Below are positions 13,112 through 25,824 of a DNA stretch of 64,000 bases, one piece after another. The first letter of the stretch is position 1, and the number at the start of each line of letters is the position of its first letter. The DNA is from Oikopleura dioica. Its lineage: Eukaryota > Animalia > Chordata. The position numbers were made by a program, and so were the translations under genes. The stretch spans positions 1,054,001 through 1,118,000 of the forward strand of contig OU015570.1 of the NCBI GenBank assembly GCA_907165135.1, written 5' to 3'. The notes under the pieces are model-generated. The model did not search any database and was not told where the DNA came from. It saw only the letters and a list, made by a program, of their open reading frames with translations.

Positions 13112-13505
13112 ACGTAATTTACCCCTGCGAAACCTGCTATATCAACACACTCGTGACCAAAACTGGCGTTACGAAACTGGTTTATTCTGTACAGCAGTTA
13201 ACCAACTTCTCAGATAAAACGCGTGCGACCACAGTGACGACTCAGGCAATCACAGCGGCGGCTTGGACGACGTTGGAGAAGCTGGAGGAAGCTGCGGTCC
13301 CAAAACAGGATAAACCTAAAGACCTGTTAGCCTGAGCAATCTCTTACTTGCCCTTAACAGGACTTCCGTTTCTCTACCTCGAGTTTGGTACGCTCAGCGC
13401 GAATAACGCGAAAGCACTGAGTCGTACTCAACACGAGGTCCGCGTAGGTGTACTCTTCCTCGGGGCGAACCTTTTGGTAGCTCCGATATACACCAACCAT
13501 TACGT
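13112..13505 (-). repeat. LTR copy (duplicate of the 3' LTR at 27547-27940)
   Basis: Same 394-bp ACGTAAT...ATTACGT block. Confidence 0.9.
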
Positions 13506-13533
13506 CCCCCACATTTTATCGAAGTGTATACCT

Positions 13534-14852
13534 TTAGCGGCGCGGTCCTCCTCGGCCGCGTTTTCCGTATCCAGGTCGCGATGGGGCCGGTCGTTTGTAC
13601 GCGTTCGGCGGGCGGAATCCTCCGCTTGTTTCGCCAAGGTCTCGGCCCTCCGTGATTACTCGCCAATTGTAGCACCAATTCGGTCTGCGAACGCGTTCCA
13701 CCAGGTAGTTGTTTGTTTCCTGGTTCCATCTAACTCCCAACGCCCTCAGTTCGCCGTTATTTTGCACCGTTATTATCGGTGCCTCGCCTTGGTGGTCCAG
13801 CGCGAACACGTTGGTCAGTTTGGCCTTGTCCGACCAATTCTTCAGGTACGTAATGGTCTCTTCGACAGACCAGGATTTCATCCCTTCAATTTGACCCAGA
13901 AAGTTCAGAGCCCCTTCGCGCATTTTCACCGCTTCATGGTTGACTCGGGTCACCCATTCCGCGATTTCATCCTCATCCGTCGTTCCAGTTGGCGGGGGTT
14001 CGATCTTAAAATCCTGTCACGCGTGAATTACTGTTTCGGGGAGCCGGTCGATTGATTTTTATCATCTGACGCGGCCGGCTGATAGTGGCAACTGTTCACT
14101 TACCCATGACGGCGCGATGGCTCCCAAGAGCTGTCTTCCGCAGTATAAAGCTTGGTCCACAATGTCATCAGGACTAACTTCAGCCATTGTTTGAGAGATC
14201 AGCTTTTTTAAACCAGCCGTCCCTCCTTCAACGCGAGCTAGACGCATCTTGAAGCCACTGTTTCGGGGGCTGAACGGATCAGTTTCCACATAGAGGTGAG
14301 AGCAATACATGTTTACGCGGTTCGGCGCTTCTAGCCACGCGGTCAGGATGTCTCTTAATTTTGGTTTATTATTTTTCTAAATTATTTTTAGTTTTACCTA
14401 GACGCGCGCAATGTCAGCAGTCGAAATCCAACGGAGGACTGCTTATTCCATCTCTGAAATCCTCAAGTAAGTTATTTTTCTTCCTTGATTTTTACCTCTT
14501 CCTCGAGGAATAACGCGCTTTCTTCCGCGGATGCCACGTTTTTTACGGTCGCTTCCAAACTTGACAAGAACGCGGCAACTTCTCTATCAGTTTCGTTGAT
14601 TTTAAATTCCTTGACGTTTTTTAACGCGTCAATGAATTTATTTAGCCGGACACCGATTCGCAGCGTTATTACCGCTTCACGGCTTGCATCTTCTATGTCA
14701 GCTTGAATGGCGGCCCGCGATTGGCTGGCTGACATCAACCGCGTTTCGTTCCCGAACATGTTTCGCGGCTGATTTTGATTTTTGTGCGCGTTAATGTCGA
14801 GAAAGCTCCCCGGCCTGACCATATCCATGCGGGGTGAATCGCCCCCTGCCAT
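13534..14852 (-). CDS. Accessory gene g1, duplicate copy (4 exons, ~380 aa)
   Basis: Copy of 27969-29287 model. Confidence 0.65.
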
Positions 14853-16711
14853 TCTAGAGAAAAAAATTTTTTTTTTTTTGACAATTTCGTTTAAGTTCTA
14901 TTCCAAATTTTCCAGATTTTTTAAAGTGACCAGTTCTTCTATTCGCGGTTCATTGTTCTGTTCCTTCTTCAGCTTCTAAAATTATGTTTTTAGAAATTTC
15001 GACACGTACGCCGATGCTACTATTGGCCGGAATGACGCGGTCCGCCAGTTGATTGCTCAGTCGAAAGCTACTCGAAATGGGCAACCGCGGGCTTATTCTA
15101 GTGCTCTTTCCAAGTTCGAATTTGACCATGGAGGGCGAGGCGCCAGAATTGTTTTCCGACGTGCCGGCATTCATGACCAAATTGTCGGCCGAAAAGCCCT
15201 CGATGAGATTTTGCTTGCCCGCGTTTCAGACGAACAAATTCAGCGCGGGAGCCTTCGGCTCCGTCTTCGATTCCGCGTCGGGGCCAACGATGTCATTGTC
15301 CCCGTTGATTTCCGATTGCCCAACAAAGGATCAAACAAACAAGATGTTCACGGCCTTGTTTTTGCCATGGACTCCGCGATGTATCAAGTTCGCGATCCTA
15401 AAGTCACCAACGACGCGAAAGTCAAATTTCGCCGCGCCTTCTTGGAGAGGGTTGCTCGCTGGGCGACCTTGACCGTGGTGGCTCTCACCAAATATTGGGT
15501 TCACGCTGGTCCCTGCTCTTTCGAATTAGCCGGAGTGCCCCGAGAGACCGCCGAGGCTCACCCAGATGAATCTACCGCCTATTCCTTTCGCGGGCGAAAT
15601 CCCTGGCTTGTTTTCCTGATCTGGTGCCAGTACATGCATGGGGTGAGTTTCGAATTTATGGATTAAATAAGCATCCTTTTATAACTTAAAGCATCATTTT
15701 AATATTTGCTTTTTAGCGCGTCGTTTCTTGCAATCGAAATCCTGACTGGCCTATGAACCGCGTCCCCATTCAACTACTTTTCGACCGAGATCAACTGAAT
15801 ATCCCTGGGTCGCCCCAGGCGATAATTCTTACCGCGATTAAAGCCGTTCTTGGTGACCAAATCTTTGCCGGTGATGGGCTCCAGCGACGCGACCACGGGG
15901 AGTTTACGCGATTCCATCATGACAACTCTTATAGTGAGTTCCATTTTACAACCTGAATTATTATTTTAACTTATTATTTCAGAGCTCCTCTCACTTAATC
16001 TACGTAATCGCGCTCAACTCTTTCCTATCCCCTCCATCTTGTTTCTCAAGATGCTGGCTTGCTACTTCTACAACAACAACGTATCCCATTCATTTATTGG
16101 CGAGATAACTTACTTTTTTCACCCGCGAGGCCGATTTCTTGCGCGTCTTTCGGCGTTGATTTCGACTTCTTGTCCACTTTTCGCGGCTCAACTTCTGTTT
16201 TTAGGACGAGCAGTATACTTACTACGTCGCCGGGGCCTTTTACCTTATTGGCGTTTACGGTAGCCCTGAATTCGCGCTCTACCATGGCATTTGGAGGCTC
16301 CTGCTCCAGTTCATCCATGACGCAGGCATCTACAAGCCGCTTGTCACTCGCGTTCGTCGCGGAAACGAGGAAGTGAAGTACTTTCCCCGCGATACTTTTT
16401 CAAAAGCCGGTATGAACTTTGAGTTTGTAACCATTTTCTAAATTACACCTCTAGGCCCGGCTCGTCTCTTCCCTCTTGGCACGATCGAGCCTTTCTTGGG
16501 CACGCGTCATCTCTCCTCCCTGTTAGCCCCTGGGGCCTCCATGGATCGATGTCCCTTTTACTCGCTCGATCAGGATGTACCGCCACTGGAGCGTCGAGCG
16601 CAACACGGTCTACGATGGCCTGGCAACCGCGATATTGAGCGACAACAGCAACGCTACCGCGCTATCCCAAGCTTGCTTGGTGGTTTTGGCCGATACCGTG
16701 CTATTGCTTAA
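14411..16711 (+). CDS. Accessory gene g2, duplicate copy (6 exons, ~493 aa)
   Basis: Copy of 28846-31145 model. Confidence 0.6.
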
Positions 16712-17226
16712 GTCCGCAGCTCGTCCTTTCCTGTCTTAGCGCCGAAGTGTTTCTTTGCCCATTCCGCTGCTCTTAACTGTCCCCACGGTATTCGCGATCG
16801 TTTCGTTGGACGCGCGAAAGTGTACTCGCCGTCTTCATCTTTTAAAACGATATTATTTACTGTTCACTGTCGACAGTATCTTATAAATTTGCTATTTTCC
16901 TTGTAATCAAGAAATAAAAGTGAGGGACTATTACCGTTTCGGCTTCTCTTGCGAACGCGTTCCTTTTCATTTCCGCGGTTCTTCGGGCTTGGTTCTTCCT
17001 TTTTTCGCGTATTGCGGCGGTCAGTGTTCATTAGACAGCGGAAACGAGTCTGAATAGCGATAATTTTAATAAATTTTTGGTAATTCGCCGCTTTTGGCGG
17101 GGCTTAAAATAAATCTTGAACTCGGCAGACTGTAACGATCGCGGAGGCTCAACTTTAGGTGACTCGCCGCATTTCTGGCGCTGATTACTTTTCGTAGATG
17201 TTCATTTTTCCTAAATTGTTGTTTCT

Positions 17227-17882
17227 TTAGACGTCTGGCTGCCGTTTCATACCTTCAATCGCGTCAGTTCCCCGATTCTGGTTTCCCGCGTTACCTTCCT
17301 CGTTTTCGCGTCCGGTCAAATCCTGGTAAGAAATTTTTCTGGCCGGTTCAGTCAGTCCTCGCGTCCTGTAGATCATATGGCCATACTGAGAATGGCCAAT
17401 CGCGAAAGTTGGCATCAGCGATCGCTGCAAGTAAAAGTTGTAGCCGCAGATTCCAACTCCCGATTGACGAGTGATCTCCAACAGGCGATTGTTCGTGACC
17501 GCGACCAGATCATGGTACGCGGCTCTGCTTTTTTCCTGGATCGCCAGAACTTTGAAACTCATTACTATCATTCTTACCGCGTCCACTTACCTTGGGTTAG
17601 ATCGTCTACCCCTTTTCTGATTCTGGCGATGATGACCTCAGACGCTGAGGCGTGTCCCGCGTTCACGATCTTCGTATTCGTACTGTTGAAGGTCGCGTTA
17701 CAGCCCGGACACGGTTCCCTTTCGGGACAGCATCCTCGACAAAAGAAGCTACCACACTCGTGGATTCGTGGCTTTCCCGCGAAATCGAGCTCGTGAGTGC
17801 ACTTGAAGCATTTGCCCAAGACCGACGGCGGGAGGTTTTCCCAGATTTTAAGTTCGTTCAACGCGGTTAAACCGTTTTGCAT
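17227..17882 (-). CDS. Accessory gene g3 (RING-like), duplicate copy
   Basis: Copy of 31661-32316 model. Confidence 0.65.
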
Positions 17883-18164
17883 TCTAAATGGGGGGAGGAT
17901 GATCTTGTGGCCAAGTTTACGCGGTTAAATTGGTTGGAAATAGTTAGTTTTCAACTAGGCCTTCTTCGTTTACTCTATTTCTCTTCAAATAAACTTTCCC
18001 GTGACCGACCGTTCTGCGTGCTCATTTTCCGCGAATCACAGCCAATTTCTGTTTTTTATATTTGTTTTAGCTGCTCTCCTGCCTTCCAATTGGACTCGAC
18101 AACTCACCGCTCTTTTCGAGCGGATCTAAACCGACTGAGAGACGCGATTAACAATCCCGCGATT

Positions 18165-19307
18165 ATGCCAACTAACAAACGGACGGTGTCTGAGGCTGGA
18201 CTTGATGCTACCACTTGTACTGTCGCCCAGTCTCCGACTCGAAAACATCCAGCAATTTCTCGCGTCGAATATGTGGATCTGTTGACCCAAGGTGAGCCTT
18301 GTGGTGCGCTTTTCATACTATTAAATTCATTTAAAGGGCCGAGAGTTAAAATTGAACCTCTCGACTACGAGGACTCTCTCGCGATGGAGTTCGATGTGCC
18401 CCGCAAGCTTCCGCGTCCGAAAATTGGGTCAGGCTCTTTGTATGATGCATCGCCTCATACATCTACTCCTGTCGAAACTGGGGCACCATACATTTCACGC
18501 TCAACCACCGGGAACGCTTCTGAGGAGATCGAATTCAAAACTCCTGACGCGACCGCTTTTGACGAAGCACCGAACCGTGTGTCCAAACGTACACGACGCG
18601 AAATCACCACCATAGTCGAGAACATGGAAAAGATTTTCCACCAGAGCCGCGAGTCTCGCGCCTCTGCTCAGGGCTTGTCTCGTCGCGTCTTGTATCGAAG
18701 TCCATCCCGGCCTTCAGAGTATGTGGAGTCCATTTGGCTGAAATGACCCTTCTTTAGGTATATTTACGCGACCATCCCTTCGGAGCTATTTCCTGAGTTT
18801 GAGGTAGATCTCCTTGAGCGATTTTCATCCAAGGAGTTGCACATTTCGCGCGAGTTGGTCCGGATCAGGGCCGATCTTTATTATTCGTCTGATCCGCTCA
18901 AACATCCTTTCCCGCACATTCGAAACTTACTCGTCCACATCGGTGATTTTTCAGTACCTTATTTTATAAACCGCCCCATTTTAGGCTACGCGCTTGATGT
19001 TTCAAAGACGCCGGTGAAAATGCATATCAATCTTACATTCCCGCCTTCTGTCGGACCTACTTCTGGCAGCCCATCTTTCAACTTTCGTAATAGTATTCGC
19101 GAGCTGCTTTCCGCGTACTTGGTGCAGCTGTCTGAATATTACCGCGGCGCCGCCTGTTTGCCAGCTCGCGTTGATGCGCATCGGCATCAGCTGGACTCTC
19201 TGGCGCAAAACGTTCTCGACTATTTATTCGCCGAGGACGTTGGGAAATCATTCAGAATCCCAGTTTCAATTCGAACTGATCTACTCACCACTTCCCATGA
19301 TGAATAA
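18165..19307 (+). CDS. Accessory gene g4, duplicate copy (3 exons, ~352 aa)
   Basis: Copy of 32599-33741 model. Confidence 0.65.
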
Positions 19308-20005
19308 CTTTCTCCGCGAGAACTGCTCCCGAATACTACTTCTACTCCTATTCACCGTTTTCAACCTCACCTGCACTGCTATTTTCATCCAGTACGCGAT
19401 CCACCAGTATGCTACCGAGCTCGACGCCATGCAGTTTGGTGAAATTTCCGACTTTGGGACCTGTAATTTAGCCCGCGTAGTCCCGCGAGTCCATTGGCCA
19501 GATCTGGCCATTGGTCTCGCGCCGGACTCGCGTCGGAAAAATTCAGGTTTCCCAAAGTAGGAAATTTCCCGTCTGAGGAGTTTTTGAATTTCCTGCGCTT
19601 ATATACCCGTTCCCAACAACATTCTAGAGACTGGGTCACGTGATCTTTTCATCCTCAGGCGCTTGTTGTTGAGATTGGTTCTTCTTACTCCGGGGCCTAA
19701 TTCTAGAAACTCCAATGTTTACTATCGACTGTTCTTATAGTAATAGACTAAAGTACAATAATGGAAATCGATTTGTTAGTATAGTCCATAATTGTATTTT
19801 TAATTTCGGATTGATTTATTAGCCTTGGAGAATATACATTGATATACAGATTCAGACTTGTTGGTATGGCATTTTTAGGAGTTAAATCTCATAATCGTCA
19901 GGTTTCTCTGTTTTGATGTCGGGTTCTTCCGCTGGATCCAGTGGAAGAGCCTCTCGTTTCCTTATCGAACCCGCTACAAGGATTTTAGAACTCACTAATT
20001 TTGTG

Positions 20006-21122
20006 CTAAGCAATACCTTTTAAACTGCAGAAGGCACAGGGGGAAGTGCTTGTCATCGGCATTTCGGCTGGTCCCGACAAGGTTGAGCTGTCACCGTCGC
20101 TAGAGAGGATCCTCTCCAGCGCTCCTGTCTTATCCCAAGTTCGGAGATCCTTTTCTGCTTCACTGTCGGTCGAGAGGTCGTAATGTCTGTCGAAACTGTC
20201 GCTGTCCGAGGAAGAGGACTGCCTTTTGAAGCTGACCTCACTGTCGCTGTCGCTGGAGTCGCTGGCCGAATCTTTGAAGATGGACACGACGATCGCCGTG
20301 TCCCTCTTCTGTGGCTGCTGTTTTGCGATGTTGCCCTCCATATCTCCGATTGCTTGGTGGAGACTTTTCCGAAGCGAGACCTTCCAGACTGCTCTGCCGG
20401 ATTTGAATTCCGCTACGGCCCAACCTTTCTGGACCGGCATCACAAGAATCGCTTTGTGACCTTTCCCTCTTACGAAAGCTAGTGCAGTCCACGTGCTCTT
20501 GTCAATCTCATTCAGCGCGTGTTCCACTTTGCTCCAGGTAGAGTCTAACACAAGTCATTAACCTGTTTTGGTGACAATAGGACTTACTCTTGATCAGAAA
20601 GCTTTTCCCCTTTTTATCCTCTGAGTCAGGGAAGGAGCTGGTGATGGACTTCCACGTTTTGCTGAGATTCTCGATCGAGATTCCCAGCTGCTCGTGGAGG
20701 TCCTTTGCCCTGGAGATAATCCGTTCTCGACGACATTCCATTTCTTCCTGGCAAATATAGTCGTCCCAGATGAGGCCGTTTATCTTTCTCACTAGACTTT
20801 CCCAGGTGTTTATGTCGTCGGTTACTCGTACCACTGGTAGCTTCTCGATTGCCGACCACGAATTACGGAACGCTGTCAAGTCGGTGGTGAAATTGTCCGT
20901 GGTGTTCTCAAAATCTTTCCCCCAGTCGCCGATCTTTTTGGTGTCCTCTGCAGCTTCTTCGAGCCACTCCTTGATCGTTTTGGTGAAGTTTAACCCTTCA
21001 TCGCCGGCGAACGCCAGCTTCAGGGCGTTGGAAACAGCAGCTAGGCTTAGTGGAGTTATTAGGCTCGTGACGAGCTTTGTCGCTTCCGAGTCCATCGTAT
21101 CCTCTACCCTTTCCAAGCGCAT
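20006..21122 (-). CDS. YR-element accessory gene, 2 exons (21122-20588, 20544-20006), ~357 aa, with Ser/Asp-rich C-terminal tract
   Basis: 43-bp GTAAGT...TTAG intron (20587-20545) joins two ORFs in frame (phase 1). Confidence 0.65.
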
Positions 21123-21528
21123 TAGAACTTTTTGAGTCTCTGACTGTTTCTAAACTAGACTTAATATCGGTGGTCTGAGACTTTCCTAATGGGCTTGAGC
21201 CGCTTGCTGGATGCCACCCCAATCTATTATTATAGATGGGAAGGGTTATAAACCCTCTTCGCGAATTCTCTTCGTTCTGGCTCATGTCTGAACGAAAAAC
21301 TGTTAGGGTTTTTATAATATCTTTTGGCAGAATAGCAGCCCAAATTTCTGGGCCGCTCTTCCGCCTCCCTAGACGCAGCTGAGCTGGGAATTGGCATGCA
21401 AACGGGCTTCTCGAGCTCTTTTCCTTTTCCTTCTTCTTTTGGAGGAATCACGACTGATTCCAGCTTAACGATCGTTAAGCTGGGACCCGCCTTCGGCTTC
21501 TCCTCCTTGTTTCCATCGAATCCCTTCT

Positions 21529-22494
21529 CTAGTTCTCGCCGTGGGTGATTTTTGCGTGAGCTCTCTCGTTTGTAGAGATGACTTTGAAGGCAGAGCCGTG
21601 TATCGTGTGTTCGAGCTGGTTATTCTTGTACTGGTTGAGCATGAACTCGTTCTTCCAGCGACACAGATTTATGATGTGCTGGTCGGGTACCCCATTCTTG
21701 AGACTCTCTACCACAAAGGAGACCCTCATAGAGTGCCCTGTTGGGCAAACTGCCCAACCCAGGCACTCCGAGACTGTGTGGTAGAAATAATTCATTTTTG
21801 TCGTATTCATTGTTGTCTTCCGCTTGCCGTGAGAGTAGGAGAATAGCTTGCCCTTGGTCCTGGAGGCGATCGCCTCGAGGATCCAGCTTTTAATGTCGAT
21901 CTCAGAATTATCTGTTATCGGGAGCGTAATTACCTCTCGTCTCTCCTTTGTGGAATTGCTTTTCGAAGATCTGAGAGGCATTTGTAAGAAAACTGTGCCG
22001 CTATCTTCTTTCCAGCGGATGTCTTCGATAAACAGGTTTACTATTTCCCCAGTTCTCGCGCCAGTGCAGAAACAAATATAAGAAACTGCGGCCCCGACTT
22101 TCTTATTTATCTGACCTGAGTTATACGCCGTTTCCCAGAATGGAACCATTTCTGAGCGTGCAAAAGCCGGGGCCTGTGTTGGTTCGTAGAGATCTTCGTT
22201 CGATTGAGCCCTCGACCGACTTGATCCCCACTTCGCGATTATCTGTTTCTCGTCTTGAAGCAGGGCCCGGCCCTCGATCTTTTCCCAGAATCGCTCCATC
22301 GACGCGGCCATTGTCTTCCATAGCACTGGGCGAGACGGGTTGTATAGCGTGAAGGTATCCAGGAAGCCGGAGATCGATCGATCTTCGGCCCCTTTTCCTC
22401 TCCACGAGTCCCACGCGTGTTTTAGCCAATCTTCTCTGCTTTCCGACTTGTTCCAGTTTAGCGGATTATCCCTTGAGTTAATTTTCTTAACCAT
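21529..22494 (-). CDS. Tyrosine recombinase (321 aa)
   Basis: Catalytic set R (GARTGE), K (SSKS), HxxR (GHSMR), W and Y (CRWKNEFMLNQY). Confidence 0.92.
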   Translation of the reverse strand: MVKKINSRDNPLNWNKSESREDWLKHAWDSWRGKGAEDRSISGFLDTFTLYNPSRPVLWKTMAASMERFWEKIEGRALLQDEKQIIAKWGSSRSRAQSNEDLYEPTQAPAFARSEMVPFWETAYNSGQINKKVGAAVSYICFCTGARTGEIVNLFIEDIRWKEDSGTVFLQMPLRSSKSNSTKERREVITLPITDNSEIDIKSWILEAIASRTKGKLFSYSHGKRKTTMNTTKMNYFYHTVSECLGWAVCPTGHSMRVSFVVESLKNGVPDQHIINLCRWKNEFMLNQYKNNQLEHTIHGSAFKVISTNERAHAKITHGEN

Positions 22495-22528
22495 TCTAAA
22501 GGGAAAGGTGAAGTCATCGTATCAAAGA

Positions 22529-23153
22529 TTATTGTTCGCAGAGCGAATTTGAATTATTGGCAGGTAAATGGAATGTATAAGTGTTCAATATTACTGGGTC
22601 TTGCCCATAGTTCAGTTGAGAGTTTTCCCGAAGATGTCTTCGAAGCTCAATCGCTTCTTTCCCCAATTTCCTAGATCTTGGAGGCCACGAGCCCATGCGA
22701 GCGTGATCTGTTCGATGTGGTCCAAGGAAACGGTCGAGGGACAATTCGATCGAAATGTCCCTCTGATAATCCTTGCCCAGTGTTGGATATCTTCTTCGTT
22801 TTCGAAGTTGTAGGGTGTGATGGAAGCGAGGAAGGTCTTGAGCGTAGCGGCGTCGATTTGCTTCCCTTGCGATTTCCAGACTATTTTTAGGTCGCTTATC
22901 GCTTATCGCCCCTTTGAGGCGGCGCGCTTGATTTTCCCTTCTCATGAGTAGCGCTGTCCCGCTCGCGGTATAAAAGCGCCCGCTCCCTCGAAATTTTTAC
23001 CAGAAAGAGATCTGGGAGAAATTGATCAATTTCTTCCGATTTTGCTAGAATGTCCCTTGCCGAGCGGCAGAAGAAACTCAAGCCTGAGCTCAAGGAGCTC
23101 AAAAAAGCGATCGGGGTCTTCAAGGACTTCAAGAGAGACCACCCTTCCGACAA
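22529..23153 (-). CDS. Two overlapping unknown ORFs (22896-23153, 22529-22945) upstream of YR
   Basis: ORF track only; the first is partly antisense to the 23050 gene. Confidence 0.3.
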
Positions 23154-23536
23154 CTACACAGCCGAGGAGCCGTGCTTCGAAGCCTTCGGTATCAACAAGG
23201 CCCGCGAGTTACAGTCGGTGCTCGATAATCGAGTCATTCCCATGGTCCGCCGGGTTCACGCGATCTTGCGCAAGCAATCTTGGGTAAGTAACCCCTTACT
23301 TTTGTCCCTTTTTTTATCTAGCACAATTTAAACTAAATTAATTTTAGCAGTGGGAAATGAAGCCTCTCATTCACCCCGAGAACGATCTCCGAAGCACTGC
23401 CTTCCAAGCCAAGCGGCTCCGCGGGGACGTCGTGAAGACCCTCAACCTCATCAAACGACAACGGTTTGCGCATCGATCGATGCCCAACCGGATCACGATG
23501 AAGCCCTTTGAACCACGCCCCAACGAGACACACTAA
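23050..23536 (+). CDS. Antisense accessory gene in YR element, 2 exons (23050-23283, 23348-23536), ~140 aa, basic
   Basis: TGG|GTAAGT donor, 64-bp intron, ATTTTAG acceptor, 62 further open codons; ATG preceded by TGCTAG|A. Confidence 0.6.
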
Positions 23537-23883
23537 GCCGAGTGCAAGATACTCTGTACTTTCTGTTTCCTAATTAAAGCTTATTTCCGGTTCGTTCGAG
23601 CCTGAAAAATCAAGTGCGTTCCTCCAATAAAGGATGAAAATTTTACTTGCGACCCTTTCCTTCTAAAAAACCTTCCCAGCAGGCTTTCATCATTCGCAAC
23701 GCAGCCGCTTTGAACTCATTGTTCCAAATGTTCATTCTAAATGAAGTTGATTAGCAAGATGAAAGTTTTAACTGGAAGTAATTTCAATTAGTCGCAGAAA
23801 GGAAGTTGAGGGGGAGGCTCGACCCGATCGGGCTGAGCCTCCCTTAATCGAAGCAATAATACAAAGTTATTTGTTCTGGTCAG

Positions 23884-24563
23884 CTACCGGGCGAAAGCCT
23901 TCTCTTCCCTTCTTGTTGCTTTTCCATGGCCGTTTCTGGTTCCCTTTGTTCTGATCAGAACGCTGGGAACTCTCTCCTTCCTTCTTGTGTTTCTTTCCGC
24001 CCCTTTTGAAGCTGCCAGACTTGCGTTTTTGCCCGCTGTTTCCGGAGAAGTTGTTCGCGTCCTTTCCAGCGCCAGAGCCTTGAGCAAGGATACTGTAGCG
24101 CTCTCTCTCCTAAAGGAATTGAAACTCGGCGATAGCCTGTATTCTACCTCATCATTTTTGAAGAATTTCTTCATCTTGTGGTATTTTGCAGCATTCTGCA
24201 TTTCTCGCTGAGGTCGACTTCTGTCCTGGTTGACCTCCTGTTGCACGCATTCCTCTGGATCCAGAGAATTGCGCATGTCCTGGCTACCCTCATCTGATCC
24301 CTGCGTAATTCCGTCGATCGTTTTGACGAAATCATCGAGGAGTCGTTCGTCGCACAAGTCTTTGACGAGAGTGCACCATTCGAATCTGCTCATGAGCGGA
24401 TTCTCTCGCATCTGACGGAGTATTCGCTGCATGGTGGGGAAGTCTTCATGATCTTGACCGGCCGCCTTGTCGTATCTGAAAGTCCACTCATTACAGAAAT
24501 TTATCCCAGCTGGGCTTACCGGTGAACGATCTCATACGCTTCGGCGTACTGGAGAGTCCTCAT
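23884..24563 (-). CDS. YR-element accessory gene, 2 exons (24563-24520, 24475-23884), ~211 aa
   Basis: 44-bp GTAAGC...TTTCAG intron in frame; ATG overlaps upstream stop (ATGA). Confidence 0.6.
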
Positions 24564-25197
24564 CTTTTTGCGTCGGTGATCAGTCTGCGAAAGCAGATCC
24601 CGATCTCCCTGAGAGACTCTCCCTGTTCTTGTTCTAGTTTCCGGGAGCCTCGTCCGATTTGGTAGAAACGGCCGGCTTTTGCGTAACTGAAATTGAGCTT
24701 CAGTTCTTCCAGCGCGTACCTCTTCAACTCGGCCTCATTGTGGTCGATCATGCGGGCGACCTCGATCTTTTCTTGTCGGAGTTTTTGTCCTCCTGCTTCG
24801 TCGCTTCGTATTCTGCCAAAATGTTGGCTTCGCCCTCGTCCCAGATCAGCTGGTCGTCGTGATGGAGGTTTTCTCCTCGGCGAAGAGCGCCCTTGATGTC
24901 GTCCAGGCTTTTCCTCTTCGCGTGGAGCACCGCTAGCTTCTTCAGGTTTGCCTTCATCTCTTCGATGATTGTTTCCTGAAATATGTAGATTTCGGATTCG
25001 GGAATCATTACCTTTCTCTCGCGGTCGTCCTCGATTTCGCTGAGTAAGAAACAGTAGCGGTCATCCTTCTGCAGGTCCGCTTGGATTTTCTGATGGTCGC
25101 TTTCCGAGATTGGGGACTCCGTCAACTCTGCTTTAAGCGAGAGTCTGTTCGAGTCCTTCTTGTTTTCCCCTCTCAAGGGAGCGAAGCCGGTACTCAT
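24560..25197 (-). CDS. Two coupled ORFs in YR element: 149 aa (25197-24748) and 63 aa (24751-24560)
   Basis: ATGA stop-start overlaps at 24748-24751 and 24560-24563; charged, helical composition. Confidence 0.55.
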
Positions 25198-25380
25198 CCT
25201 AAAATAGATCTATCTTAGGATGCGATAACAAAATTGTGTATATTGAGAAGGGAAAAAGAGGAAAACGATTGACTACAGGTTCAGGAAATGTAACACTTCA
25301 GAGTCTTGTGTATCTGTTGAGGCCTTCATTGAAGTGTGCTGCTACGGTGCGGGAATCTTATTTAGGTAAAGAGGGTTGGT

Positions 25381-25824
25381 TTAATCGACTAGCGTGCCTA
25401 CTCTACCCATCCCTTCCAGAAACAACTCAGGCCGGAATAAGCAAAGAAAGTTGGTGCCTCTGACATTGTAGACAATTTGGTCCACCAGCTTCCCTACATT
25501 GATCAAGACCTCGAAGGTGTTTTTCCCTGTTGTTTGCCAATCGTTCAGTCTTGCCAAAAGGTCGTGGAACCCAGCGCCGAACGACGCTGAGATCTCGATG
25601 GATTTTGAGAAGATTTTGGACAGAAGTTTCAGGCACACTTTCCAGTCGTCGGATCCGACGACCGATTGTGTGTCCTTCACCTTCATATTTGCCCAAATTC
25701 TTTCTTTTTCCTCGAAGAGATTGTTAGCTGCTGCTACTATCGCATTCTTTTTGTTCTCGAGGTTTGTGTTGGAGCGCCAGCGGCACGCTTCGATGAAGTT
25801 TTGTTTCCTGTCCATTCTGAACAT
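25381..25824 (-). CDS. Unknown 147-aa ORF overlapping the end of the RNase H-MT ORF (possible further small exon)
   Basis: ORF track; TTTTATAG acceptor-like site just upstream. Confidence 0.5.
   Translation of the reverse strand: MFRMDRKQNFIEACRWRSNTNLENKKNAIVAAANNLFEEKERIWANMKVKDTQSVVGSDDWKVCLKLLSKIFSKSIEISASFGAGFHDLLARLNDWQTTGKNTFEVLINVGKLVDQIVYNVRGTNFLCLFRPELFLEGMGRVGTLVD

Larger units (their letters stand above)
12418..19438 (+). repeat. 7.0-kb near-identical duplicate of 26853-33872 (left TIR, one LTR, genes g1-g4 and start of g5)
   Basis: Offset 14435/14434; I saw only one substitution (near 14817) and one 1-bp T-run indel (near 16115/30550). Confidence 0.95.

Noticed and set aside
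13348-14055. 235-aa + ORF (also 27783..28490) and the 77-aa ORF inside the LTR
   Set aside because: Antisense shadow of g1 and LTR sequence; non-ATG start, biased composition, no splice support
19570-19600. Hammerhead ribozyme core (CTGAGGAG) near the YR end
   Set aside because: No stem II followed by GAAA in the right place
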